DNA from: Candidatus Bathyarchaeia archaeon
GTDB lineage: Archaea > Thermoproteota > Bathyarchaeia > TCS64
DNA: 38,614 nucleotides
Direction of reading: 5' to 3'
NCBI GenBank assembly: GCA_036396185.1
Contig: DASWLJ010000138.1
Coordinates: forward strand, 1-38,614
The notes below the pieces were generated by a model. That model made no database searches, was not told where the DNA came from, and saw only the letters and a list, made by a program, of their open reading frames with translations. The position numbers and the translations under genes are program-made. This document shows positions 24,911 through 32,691 of the stretch, in pieces (the stretch's first letter is position 1; each line of letters starts with the position of its first letter).

Positions 24911-25755
24911 AGCCGAGCGCCATCGAGGAGACCTTCTTCAGGGGCCTGATGATTCTGTCGACGGCGCTGGTGGTGGGCAGCCTGTTAGCCGTCTTTGCCT
25001 TGGTTACCCTCAAGGGCCTCCCAGCCCTCAGCGTAGAGATGATTACACAGACGCCTAAGGGCGGCTACTACATGGGGAAGGAAGGAGGCATCCTCAACGC
25101 CATAGTGGGGTCCCTCTACCTGGCCACGGGCGCGACGGTCCTATCACTCCTGCTGGGGCTTCCGGTCGCCTTCTACCTGACTGAAGTGTGTGGCGACACG
25201 AGGACGGCGAGCAGCTACAGACGCGTACTGGACGTCCTCTGCGGGGTCCCTAGCATCGTCTACGGGGCCTTCGTCTTCACCATCATGATCGTCCTCAGGG
25301 CCAGGGCCAGCCTCCTCTACGGCATCGTCGCCGTGACTCTCTTCGAGTTCCCCCTCATGACGCGGGCCATCGACGAGGTCCTGAAGAAGGTGCCTCAGAG
25401 GCTCAGGGAGACCACCTACGCGCTGGGGGCCACCCGGTGGGAGGTCGCCACGAGGGTTGTGACAAGGCAGGCTCTGCCCGGGGTCCTCTCAGCTGTGCTA
25501 CTATGCTTCGGCAGGGCAATAGGGGACGCGGCCGCTGTACTGCTCACGGTCGGTTACACGGACAACATCCCGACTTCTCTGGGGGACCAGGCCGCGACGC
25601 TGCCACTGGCGGTGTTCTTCCAGCTGGCCACCCCAATGCCCGAGGTGCAGCAGAGGGCTTACGCCTCAGGCATAATACTACTAGTTATAGTCCTAACCCT
25701 GAGCCTCGCCTCCAGGTGGGGCTCACAGAAGCTAACGAGGTACATCAACAGGTGA
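24907..25755 (+). CDS. pstA: Phosphate ABC transporter permease PstA
   Basis: 282 aa. The ATG overlaps the pstC stop (ATGA). Motifs: VLCGVPSIVYGAF, and ETTYALGATRWEV. Confidence 0.92.
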   Translation: MKPSAIEETFFRGLMILSTALVVGSLLAVFALVTLKGLPALSVEMITQTPKGGYYMGKEGGILNAIVGSLYLATGATVLSLLLGLPVAFYLTEVCGDTRTASSYRRVLDVLCGVPSIVYGAFVFTIMIVLRARASLLYGIVAVTLFEFPLMTRAIDEVLKKVPQRLRETTYALGATRWEVATRVVTRQALPGVLSAVLLCFGRAIGDAAAVLLTVGYTDNIPTSLGDQAATLPLAVFFQLATPMPEVQQRAYASGIILLVIVLTLSLASRWGSQKLTRYINR

Positions 25756-25760
25756 CGTGA

Positions 25761-26522
25761 TTGGATTACGAGGAACCGGTGCTGAAAGTCAGGAACCTGA
25801 ACGTCAACTACGGGCAGCTTAGCGCGCTGAAGAACATCAACGTGGACATACCGCGCAGAGGAGTGACGGCTATTCTGGGGCCATCGGGCTGCGGCAAGAC
25901 GACGCTGCTGAAGAGCTTCAACAGACTGGTGGAGCTTAACCCCGAGGCCAAGGTGTCGGGGGAGATAATCCTAGATGGGGTCAACGTCAACAACCCTGAG
26001 TACAACGTGATAGAGCTTAGGAAGAGGGTCGGCATGATCGGGCAGGTCCCCACGCCTCTACCCATGTCCATATACAACAACGTCGCCTTCGGCCCTAGGA
26101 TGCACGGACTAGAAGGCAAGGATACAGCTGTCAACGTTGAGCGGTGCCTGCGCACGGCCGGGCTCTGGGAGGAGGTGAAGGACAGGCTGCGCGAGCCGGC
26201 CAACCGCCTATCCGTTGGCCAGCAGCAGAGGCTGAGCCTCGCCAGAGCCCTCGCCGTGGAGCCCGAGGTACTGCTCTGCGACGAGCCCACGTCCGCCCTC
26301 GACCCCGTCTCAGCTAAGCACGTGGAGGACCAGCTCATGGGCCTGAAGAGGGAGTACAGCATACTCTTCGTGACCCACACGCTGCGGCAGGCAAAGAGGA
26401 TCAGCGACTACGTGCTGTTCATGTACATGGGTGAACTCGTCGAGCACGGGCCAGCGCACAGAATGTTCACCCAGCCCACCGACACCCGGACAAGGGAGTA
26501 CATGGAGGGCGTCATAGGGTAG
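25761..26522 (+). CDS. pstB: Phosphate ABC transporter ATP-binding protein PstB
   Basis: 253 aa with a TTG start. Walker A GPSGCGKTT, signature LSVGQQQRL, Walker B LLCDEPTSALD, and the PstB-specific C-terminus (FTQPTDTRTREYMEG). Confidence 0.96.
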   Translation: MDYEEPVLKVRNLNVNYGQLSALKNINVDIPRRGVTAILGPSGCGKTTLLKSFNRLVELNPEAKVSGEIILDGVNVNNPEYNVIELRKRVGMIGQVPTPLPMSIYNNVAFGPRMHGLEGKDTAVNVERCLRTAGLWEEVKDRLREPANRLSVGQQQRLSLARALAVEPEVLLCDEPTSALDPVSAKHVEDQLMGLKREYSILFVTHTLRQAKRISDYVLFMYMGELVEHGPAHRMFTQPTDTRTREYMEGVIG

Positions 26523-26714
26523 AACAGCCGCGCGAAGCCTCACGCACCGTAGGCTGCACTGACGCCGAATAGTTACATTGCGTTTAGGTCCATCAGGGTA
26601 TCACAGGTGTCGTGATCGGATATGTGTGGCTCACGTGAACCCCGTCACTTGCACACACGTCGGCGCACGATTAATGGTACCATTAATGAGAATTGAAGAG
26701 GATGCTCAGCGGCA

Positions 26715-27767
26715 TCATGTAAGGACTTTCTTGAAGACCCTGAGGTCGTTGGCCCCCAGTATCTTCTCAATGTCGCTGTCCGAGTAGCCGCGGGCCACCA
26801 TGCCCTCCGTGAGCGTCGGGAACCGTGACACGTCGTCGAGGCCTGGGAACCCGCAGCCTCCGTCCAAGTCGCTGCCGATGCCCACGTGGCCAGTGCCTAC
26901 GAGCCCCACGGCATGGTCCAGGTGGTCGAGCCAGTCGTCTACCGTGACCTTCTTGAGGGCCTCAGGGTCGCCGAAGCCTACGCCATCCTTGATGAAGCCG
27001 CCGCAGAAGCTGAGGTTCATGACTCCGCCGTTTTCGGCTAGAGCCTTGATCTGGTCGTCTGTGAGGTTCCTGTGGTGGCCGCAGAGGGCCTTGCAGTTGC
27101 TGTGGGTGGCTATGACAGGGTCCTCTGTGAGCTTCAGGACGTCCCAGAACCCAGTCTGGTTGATGTGGCTCACGTCCACGATCATGCCGAGCCTGTTCAT
27201 CTCCTGGACCACTTCTCGGCCGAACTCTGTCAGGTGGCTGCCCGAGTCGGCGCCCGAGCCGTCTCCCAGCTCGTTTCTGGGGAAGTGGGTGAGAGTCATG
27301 CTCCTAACCCCGAGTCTGTACGCTGTCCTCAGTGCCTCTATGCTGCCCTCCAGGGGCTCCCCGCCCTCGATGGTGATCACCGCTGCGACCTTACCTTCTT
27401 TAACGGCTTTAATGATCTCACGGTGAGTGGTGGCGAGAGCCATCTGGTCCGTGTTCTTCTCAAGCTCCGCGTGGAACGCGTCCAGCATCTGGACCAGGCG
27501 GCGCAGCCGCGCCACATACAGGGGGCTGACGTACATGGCGAAGAGGAGGCAGTCCACTCCGCCCTCCCGTATGCGCGGTATATCGATCTGCCCGTGCCCC
27601 GTTCGTTCACCCAGCGTCCGCCGAGGCGGAAGTGGCTCCGAGCCCGAGGTGCAGAACGGGGGCGCCTTGATGAGGTGGAGTACGGTGTCGTTGTGGGTGT
27701 CCACGACCAGTGATGACCCGTGGATGGCCTTAGCCCTGGCCATCTGATCCTTGGTCAAGTTAAACAT
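26715..27767 (-). CDS. M19 (renal-type) membrane dipeptidase family
   Basis: Motifs: VVDTHNDT, LTHFPRNELGDG, VDVSH, ATHSNC, IGSDLDG. The track ORF starts at TTG 27830. ATG 27767 (MFNLTKDQ...) lies 24-31 nt downstream of a TATA-like box and is preferred. Confidence 0.92.
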   Translation of the reverse strand: MFNLTKDQMARAKAIHGSSLVVDTHNDTVLHLIKAPPFCTSGSEPLPPRRTLGERTGHGQIDIPRIREGGVDCLLFAMYVSPLYVARLRRLVQMLDAFHAELEKNTDQMALATTHREIIKAVKEGKVAAVITIEGGEPLEGSIEALRTAYRLGVRSMTLTHFPRNELGDGSGADSGSHLTEFGREVVQEMNRLGMIVDVSHINQTGFWDVLKLTEDPVIATHSNCKALCGHHRNLTDDQIKALAENGGVMNLSFCGGFIKDGVGFGDPEALKKVTVDDWLDHLDHAVGLVGTGHVGIGSDLDGGCGFPGLDDVSRFPTLTEGMVARGYSDSDIEKILGANDLRVFKKVLT

Positions 27768-27790
27768 GGTTACGTTGTTGCTGTCCATGG

Positions 27791-27798
27791 ATATATCA
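27791..27798 (-). promoter_or_regulatory. TATA-like box for the dipeptidase gene
   Basis: atatatca on the + strand (tgatatat on the coding strand) lies 24-31 nt upstream of ATG 27767, consistent with a leaderless transcript. Confidence 0.35.
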
Positions 27799-27943
27799 GG
27801 ATCGAGACACCGCCGCCGAGTCCACAACACTGGACGTCGTGTATTGTTACCATGGGATTCCAGCGTATTCCGTAGAGGGCTGTTTCCCTAGAATCTGTAG
27901 TATATGGATACGTATTGTAAGTAGAGACCGGGTTTCCACGGAG

Positions 27944-27951
27944 TTTAAATA
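27944..27951 (+). promoter_or_regulatory. TATA-like box for a small unlisted ORF
   Basis: tttaaata lies 17-30 nt upstream of the in-frame GTG codons at 27968 and 27974. Confidence 0.3.
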
Positions 27952-27967
27952 GACTCACCTGGGGGAA

Positions 27968-28135
27968 GTGTTCGTGGAAAACAAAGATAGAACAGTGATC
28001 TCGGAGCCACAGATATCCACCGAGTCACTGTACCGAGTCTTGAAGATCGTCAACGGCGTAGATCGTCGGAGATACGCCGAGGACGTTCCACGTTCACGTG
28101 ACTTGTTCGAGTCCGTGATCCAGAGAATGGTGTAG
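27968..28135 (+). CDS. Small (55 aa) hypothetical protein upstream of the archaellin gene, below the ORF-track cutoff
   Basis: My manual translation gives (M)FVENKDRTVISEPQISTESLYRVLKIVNGVDRRRYAEDVPRSRDLFESVIQRMV*. It is flanked by a TATA-like box (27944-27951) and an oligo-T tract (28188-28202). The opposing track ORF 27955-28152 is less protein-like. Confidence 0.3.
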   Translation: MFVENKDRTVISEPQISTESLYRVLKIVNGVDRRRYAEDVPRSRDLFESVIQRMV

Positions 28136-28187
28136 TCGTGCGCTGTGCGCATAGCGCCGTATAATCATTCACAGGAAAACCATCCTA

Positions 28188-28202
28188 TTTTTTATTGTTT
28201 TT
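28188..28202 (+). terminator. Oligo-T tract (T6-A-TT-G-T5)
   Basis: ttttttattgttttt begins about 50 nt downstream of the small ORF stop at 28135, in an archaeal-terminator-like context. Confidence 0.3.
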
Positions 28203-28397
28203 CGCCGGCACCGGTCGCCCATGATCCCTGCAACTCTAGTTCACTAAACGTTGCATTAGACTACCTTTACGTTAGATACTTCTTGTGCTCCTCTACCACC
28301 TGGCTAGATTGGTTCAGACGCTGTGTGTCTTCCCTATTCACTTACACAAGCCTATCTTGTGTCTCGGCGACGCCATTGGCGAAGGTGAATAAACACT

Positions 28398-28997
28398 TTG
28401 CACAGTAAACGAGGCATGACGGGGCTGGAGACGGCCATCATCCTGGTAGCTTTCGTTATCACGGCGGCCGCCTTCGCGTTCGTCGTGCTAAACATGGGTT
28501 TCCTCACGGCGGAGAAGGCGCAGTCTGTGATCAGCTCAGGCATGGCCGAGGCCAGCTCATCCATCCTCATGGACAGCGGCCTCATCGCCCAGTTCAACAA
28601 CACGGGCGGGGCCCAGGCCGATGTAAGGCTCCTGAAGGCAACCTTCTACCTGAAGTTGAGCCAGGGCCACGAGCCAGTGGACATGAGCGACGACAAGCTA
28701 GTGGCCACCTACACTAACGTGAGGTGCCACGGCGAGATCTACGCCAGCAACGGCACCATCATGACCATCAAGGGCGTGAACAGCGACGGCGACAGGCTAC
28801 TCGAGACTGGTGAGAAGGTCAGGGTCACAATCGACTTCACAGCAATAGACGCGGCTGAAATGGACCCCACGGGGGCCGACGTGTACGCTCACCCATACGA
28901 GGAGTTCAGGATCGAGCTGAGGCCCTCCATGGGGGCGGTGCTGACCATCGAGAGGCAGCTGCCGGCAGTGTACACCACCATAATGACGATAGATTAA
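28398..28997 (+). CDS. arlB: Archaellin (archaeal flagellin)-family protein with class III signal peptide
   Basis: 199 aa with a TTG start. The N-terminus MHSKRG|MTGLETAIILVAFVITAAAFAFVVLNMGFLTAEKAQSVISSGMAEASSS closely follows the crenarchaeal-type archaellin N-terminal domain (compare the Sulfolobus FlaB pattern ...KG|LAGLDTAIILIAFIITASV...). The start is ambiguous: ATG 28416 lies about 25 nt downstream of aataaa. Confidence 0.85.
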   Translation: MHSKRGMTGLETAIILVAFVITAAAFAFVVLNMGFLTAEKAQSVISSGMAEASSSILMDSGLIAQFNNTGGAQADVRLLKATFYLKLSQGHEPVDMSDDKLVATYTNVRCHGEIYASNGTIMTIKGVNSDGDRLLETGEKVRVTIDFTAIDAAEMDPTGADVYAHPYEEFRIELRPSMGAVLTIERQLPAVYTTIMTID

Positions 28998-29067
28998 GCT
29001 AACCCCTCCTTCCCCTATCACCTTTTTTAACTATACAAGGTCTAAACGGCTCAAACCGCACTACGCT

Positions 29068-29565
29068 GTGAAAGCGATGAACAGAAGAAGAGGCTTGATG
29101 ATAGCAGCCTCCGTGGTCATGGCGCTGGTCTTCTACACCATCTACACAAGCACGATCATCCTCTGGGACGCCTACGGACTTGAGGTCACGCAGACCGAGA
29201 GCAGCGACCCCGAATCAACCATCACGGTAACATACGCTGATCTAGGCGACTACCCACTCGTAGAGAGCACATTGGAGACAGTGCGGGGGAACGACAGTAC
29301 GATAATCACCTACAAGGACGGTGACACCATAAACCAGTTCAGCGCCCTGGTCGATGCTAAAGGCGGCGACTTGGATCATGGATACGTTTACCTCAGCCTC
29401 GACGGGGACGAGTACTTGGTGGCCTACACCATCTACGGAGGCATGAAAGACGAACCTGTGTACCTGGCCTTGACGGGGCTATCGACCCTCACGGCGGTAG
29501 CCCTAACCCTCAAAGAGATTTTCAGTCACCTAAGAGGAACATTAAAGATGCCCTGCGACTTATGA
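29068..29565 (+). CDS. Hypothetical membrane protein (N- and C-terminal hydrophobic helices)
   Basis: 165 aa (GTG 29068, or ATG 29077 giving MNRRRGLMIAASVVMALVFYTIY). A beta-rich acidic middle region, then a second hydrophobic helix (VYLALTGLSTLTAVALTL). It lies 71 nt downstream of the archaellin gene on the same strand. Confidence 0.55.
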   Translation: MKAMNRRRGLMIAASVVMALVFYTIYTSTIILWDAYGLEVTQTESSDPESTITVTYADLGDYPLVESTLETVRGNDSTIITYKDGDTINQFSALVDAKGGDLDHGYVYLSLDGDEYLVAYTIYGGMKDEPVYLALTGLSTLTAVALTLKEIFSHLRGTLKMPCDL

Positions 29566-29569
29566 TGAC

Positions 29570-30619
29570 TCAACCTTTGTTTGTGGGTTTACTCCTCTCA
29601 GATTCTATCCTGTAAAGTGTTGATGTGACGTACATGGCTATGGTTTCAAGGAGCCTATGCTCACGATACCTGAAGGGGTTGAGCCTGTTACTCTGTACGT
29701 GTAGGAACGCGACGATCTCTCCATGCGTCTTTATCGGCACCATTAGCTCTGTTCTTATCAAGGGGACGTCCTCCTCCTGTGGCTGCTCCGGGGTAGCTCT
29801 ACCCTCCACATCGAAGGAGGTTCTCCCTATCTTCACCATTCTCCAGGTTACGCCCGTCTCGTCCAGCGACAAGCTCCAGTCGTGAGGAAGCGTAGCATTC
29901 TTCGGGAGAGTGAATAAGAACCGGAAGTTACTGTTCTCCACCACCCCAAAGCCGATCTGGTTAAAGACCATGACCTTTGAAATAGTTATCACAGTCGTTT
30001 TAGCCACGTCTTCGATTGACTTAGCGTCCTCTAAGTCGTGCTGATATTTGTACAGGAGGTCGATGAGAGCTCGCTCACTCTGAGGAATAATGTTTGCCTC
30101 TTTCTGGATCTCCAGAACTATCCTGTAGTTGAATGACTCTATGATGTTCAGCTTCACCTTGAGCAAACCTTCAAGGAAACCATAGATGAAGTAAGGGCTC
30201 GAGAAGATGGGTTTGGTAATAATTATTTTGTCGTTTTCAAGTGTAAAGAAGCCCCAGCCAAACAGCTTGCTCAAGTCACGGAGTATCTTCTGCGTGAATG
30301 CTTCCTCTAACAGATCGCTTTCCTCGTAGCGTAGGCTCACCCTGGCCATGCGGCCCATCTCCTGACCGGCCTCGTAGAGCTTACGATCCTCGAACTGGCT
30401 GAAACAAAAGTTGATGGTCTCGGACATGAATAGTCCAACCCTGTACTGGTTGATCCAGAATGATCCTTCCTCCCACCTGTCCAGCGAGTAGTACTCGTAG
30501 CGGTCCATGACTCTGTTGAAGAACTCCTCTAGGGATAACCCTGAGCTGCGAATTTTCTCTCTGCGTTCCTCCGATAGAAACAGGGTTGCCCTGACCTTCC
30601 GATCAGTTCTATCGTCCAT
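29570..30619 (-). CDS. Putative ligand-sensing regulator: RHH-like N-terminus, V4R-like domain, C-terminal GAF-like domain
   Basis: 349 aa. KVRATLFLSEERREKIRSSGLSLEEFFNRVMD fits a ribbon-helix-helix. ...LFGWGFFTLENDKIIITKPIFSSPYFIYGFLEGLL fits the V4R pattern. The C-terminus is GAF-like (ELMVPIKTHGEIVAFLHVQSNRLNPFRYREHRLLETIAMYVTSTL). Confidence 0.75.
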   Translation of the reverse strand: MDDRTDRKVRATLFLSEERREKIRSSGLSLEEFFNRVMDRYEYYSLDRWEEGSFWINQYRVGLFMSETINFCFSQFEDRKLYEAGQEMGRMARVSLRYEESDLLEEAFTQKILRDLSKLFGWGFFTLENDKIIITKPIFSSPYFIYGFLEGLLKVKLNIIESFNYRIVLEIQKEANIIPQSERALIDLLYKYQHDLEDAKSIEDVAKTTVITISKVMVFNQIGFGVVENSNFRFLFTLPKNATLPHDWSLSLDETGVTWRMVKIGRTSFDVEGRATPEQPQEEDVPLIRTELMVPIKTHGEIVAFLHVQSNRLNPFRYREHRLLETIAMYVTSTLYRIESERSKPTNKG

Positions 30620-30640
30620 TCCCTAGCTTGTTGTTTTGTT

Positions 30641-30712
30641 TTTATTTAAATCTAATGGGGTTTTACGCATGATTGCGCAATAATGAGTAAAAATGTGTGA
30701 ACTTTTATATAG
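30641..30712. promoter_or_regulatory. Divergent promoter region: two TATA-like boxes flanking a 10-nt palindrome
   Basis: tttatttaaa (30641-30650) lies 22-31 nt upstream of the minus-strand ATG at 30619. ttttatatag (30703-30712) lies 22-31 nt upstream of the plus-strand ATG at 30734. The perfect palindrome attgcgcaat (30672-30681) sits between them. Confidence 0.45.
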
Positions 30713-30733
30713 ATAATCCTTCAATACTAAACC

Positions 30734-31291
30734 ATGTCTGATGACCAGGCATTCATTGCACAGAAGAAACCATGGTGGTACATGTCTGCGCGGCAGATCG
30801 GCGTAGCGGCTGCTTTTTCCGGCATGGCTCTAGCCATCACACTTACCCACATAGTTGTACCAATCCCTGGCCTACCTGGTGGCGGCGGCATGGACCCTTC
30901 GGAGATCATCAGGGCGATTGGTGCTGCTCTCGGCGGTCCCTCGGTAGGGCTAGTGATAGGTCTATTCGGCTCGGTGTCCTCGATAAGTAACGTAGTCACC
31001 CATATACCTGCAGTAGTCTTCATTGGCTGGATCTACAAACGCATTTACTCTTACCCTAAGACAAAGAGAATGATCTACTGGCTGATATCGATAGCAGTTT
31101 ACTACTACATCGGTCTCGTTCCTCTGATAGCCCTTACTACCAGTATACAGTACTTTAAGGGGCTGGACATGTTCGTCCCAATGATAGTGGCCGTAGCTCC
31201 GGGGATTTCACCCGAATTTGTGGTCACTGCAATAGTTACGACAATCATCTGGGGCGCCCTCCCCGAGAAGTACACCAAGCCTCTGTGGTAA
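30734..31291 (+). CDS. Small 5-6 TM membrane protein, likely ECF-transporter S (substrate-capture) component
   Basis: 185 aa of Gly-rich TM helices (IGVAAAFSGMALAITLTHIVV, IIRAIGAALGGPSVGLVIGLFGSV, ...). Size and topology are typical of S components, and it is the first gene of an operon that also encodes an ECF-type A-A' ATPase and T component. Substrate class not recognisable. Confidence 0.6.
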   Translation: MSDDQAFIAQKKPWWYMSARQIGVAAAFSGMALAITLTHIVVPIPGLPGGGGMDPSEIIRAIGAALGGPSVGLVIGLFGSVSSISNVVTHIPAVVFIGWIYKRIYSYPKTKRMIYWLISIAVYYYIGLVPLIALTTSIQYFKGLDMFVPMIVAVAPGISPEFVVTAIVTTIIWGALPEKYTKPLW

Positions 31292-31293
31292 AC

Positions 31294-32688
31294 ATGACCA
31301 CTGATGCCGAAGCACCCCTTTTTATTAAAAATTTACTAGAGCGTAGACGAACAGATTTCTTCGATGTACGCTTCCAGAGAACCACAAGCACCGTAATTCA
31401 GATCCTGGACAGTGAGCCTACGCAGGCCAGTCAGTATACAGTCTCCGGGGTAGGGGTTAGGGTTCTTAGGAACGGACTATGGGGTTTTTCCTCAACAAGC
31501 GAACTGGACCAGGAGAGTCTGAGATCAACCTGCATTAAAGCCCTGAAATCAGCTAGAACAGGTAAACGGAGAAGGATAAAATTTCCCGAGATGAAAGCCG
31601 TAACAGGAGAGCACATCATTAAACCTGAGCTGGACCCCCTAGATGTGCCCCTACAGGACAAGTTGGACCGGCTTATAGGCTTTGAGGAGCTCATCAAGGG
31701 CTCCGACAGTCGGGTGAAGTCGACCCAAGTAAGGTACAGTGACTCAGTTGAGGAAGTCACAATAGTCAATTCAGAGGGCTCCAGCGTAGCCATGTCTCAG
31801 CCCCGGGTGGACATAGGCTTCAACGTGGTCGCCAACGACGGGAAGATGTCTCAGCACACGAGAGGAAGGGAGGCCACGCTCGGCGGCTGCGAGTTCCTAG
31901 AGAACCCTGTATTGAATGAGACGGCCCTGAACACCGCCAAGAGGGCATTAGACCTCTTGGAGGCTAAGCAGGCCCCCTCCGGTAGGTCAACGGTGGTGAT
32001 GGACCCGTCTGTGGCCGGTCTCTTCCTGCATGAAGCCTTCGGCCACTCAGCTGAGGCGGACTCCGTCCTCCAGGGGAGGTCGTTTCTGGCGGGCATGATC
32101 GGTGAGGCAGTGGCATCCGAGTTCGTCACAGTGTACAGCGACCCCACGATGGCTGGAAACCCCGGCTCCTACCCCTTCGACAGCGAGGCTGTCCCGGCCG
32201 TTAAAACCAGCCTCATAGAGGGAGGTGTCTTTAAAACGTATATGCACAGCAGGTCTACGGCGGCGGCTTACGGGATCAAGTCCACGTCCAACGCCAGGGC
32301 CGAGGACTATGGAAAGCCCCCCATTGTACGGATGAACAACCTCTACTTCAAGCCAGGCGGATCCACCTTAGAAGAAATAATAGGCGAGACCAAGAGCGGC
32401 GTATACCTCGTTAGCGGAGGCGGCGGCATGGAGGACCCTGAGAAGGGCCGCTTCCAGTTCTCTGTTCAGAACTGCTACGAGATAGTTGACGGCGAGATAG
32501 GTTCACCGCTCAGAGGCACATCGCTGTCGGGCTGGACCATAGAGACCATGCGGAGCATAGACATGCTAAGCAGGGATCTCTCGATTGACTTGGGGAGCTG
32601 CGGCAAGGGAGAACCCCTGATGCAGATTCTGCCGGTCGCAAACGGGGGCCCGTACATCCGGGTGAACAACGTTCTCCTCGGAGGGTAA
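31294..32688 (+). CDS. tldD: TldD-type metalloprotease subunit
   Basis: About 464 aa (ATG 31294; the track start GTG 31285 overlaps the upstream stop). It has the HExxxH motif in TldD context (FLHEAFGHSAEADSV) and a C-terminal Gly-rich PmbA_TldD pattern (GVYLVSGGGGMEDPEKGRFQFSV...). Confidence 0.93.
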   Translation: MTTDAEAPLFIKNLLERRRTDFFDVRFQRTTSTVIQILDSEPTQASQYTVSGVGVRVLRNGLWGFSSTSELDQESLRSTCIKALKSARTGKRRRIKFPEMKAVTGEHIIKPELDPLDVPLQDKLDRLIGFEELIKGSDSRVKSTQVRYSDSVEEVTIVNSEGSSVAMSQPRVDIGFNVVANDGKMSQHTRGREATLGGCEFLENPVLNETALNTAKRALDLLEAKQAPSGRSTVVMDPSVAGLFLHEAFGHSAEADSVLQGRSFLAGMIGEAVASEFVTVYSDPTMAGNPGSYPFDSEAVPAVKTSLIEGGVFKTYMHSRSTAAAYGIKSTSNARAEDYGKPPIVRMNNLYFKPGGSTLEEIIGETKSGVYLVSGGGGMEDPEKGRFQFSVQNCYEIVDGEIGSPLRGTSLSGWTIETMRSIDMLSRDLSIDLGSCGKGEPLMQILPVANGGPYIRVNNVLLGG

Positions 32689-32691
32689 GCC

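Noticed and set aside
28105-28114. gttcgagtcc, resembling a tRNA T-loop
   Set aside because: The flanking bases cannot form a T-stem (acttg versus ccgtg pairs at only one position), and no acceptor or anticodon arms are apparent. It lies within the candidate small ORF.
27770-28408. Track ORFs 27770-27958 (-), 27955-28152 (-) and 28145-28408 (+) in the spacer upstream of the archaellin gene
   Set aside because: Compositionally odd (Ser/Thr/Cys-rich), without start context. The plus-strand 55-aa ORF with TATA and oligo-T flanks explains the region better.
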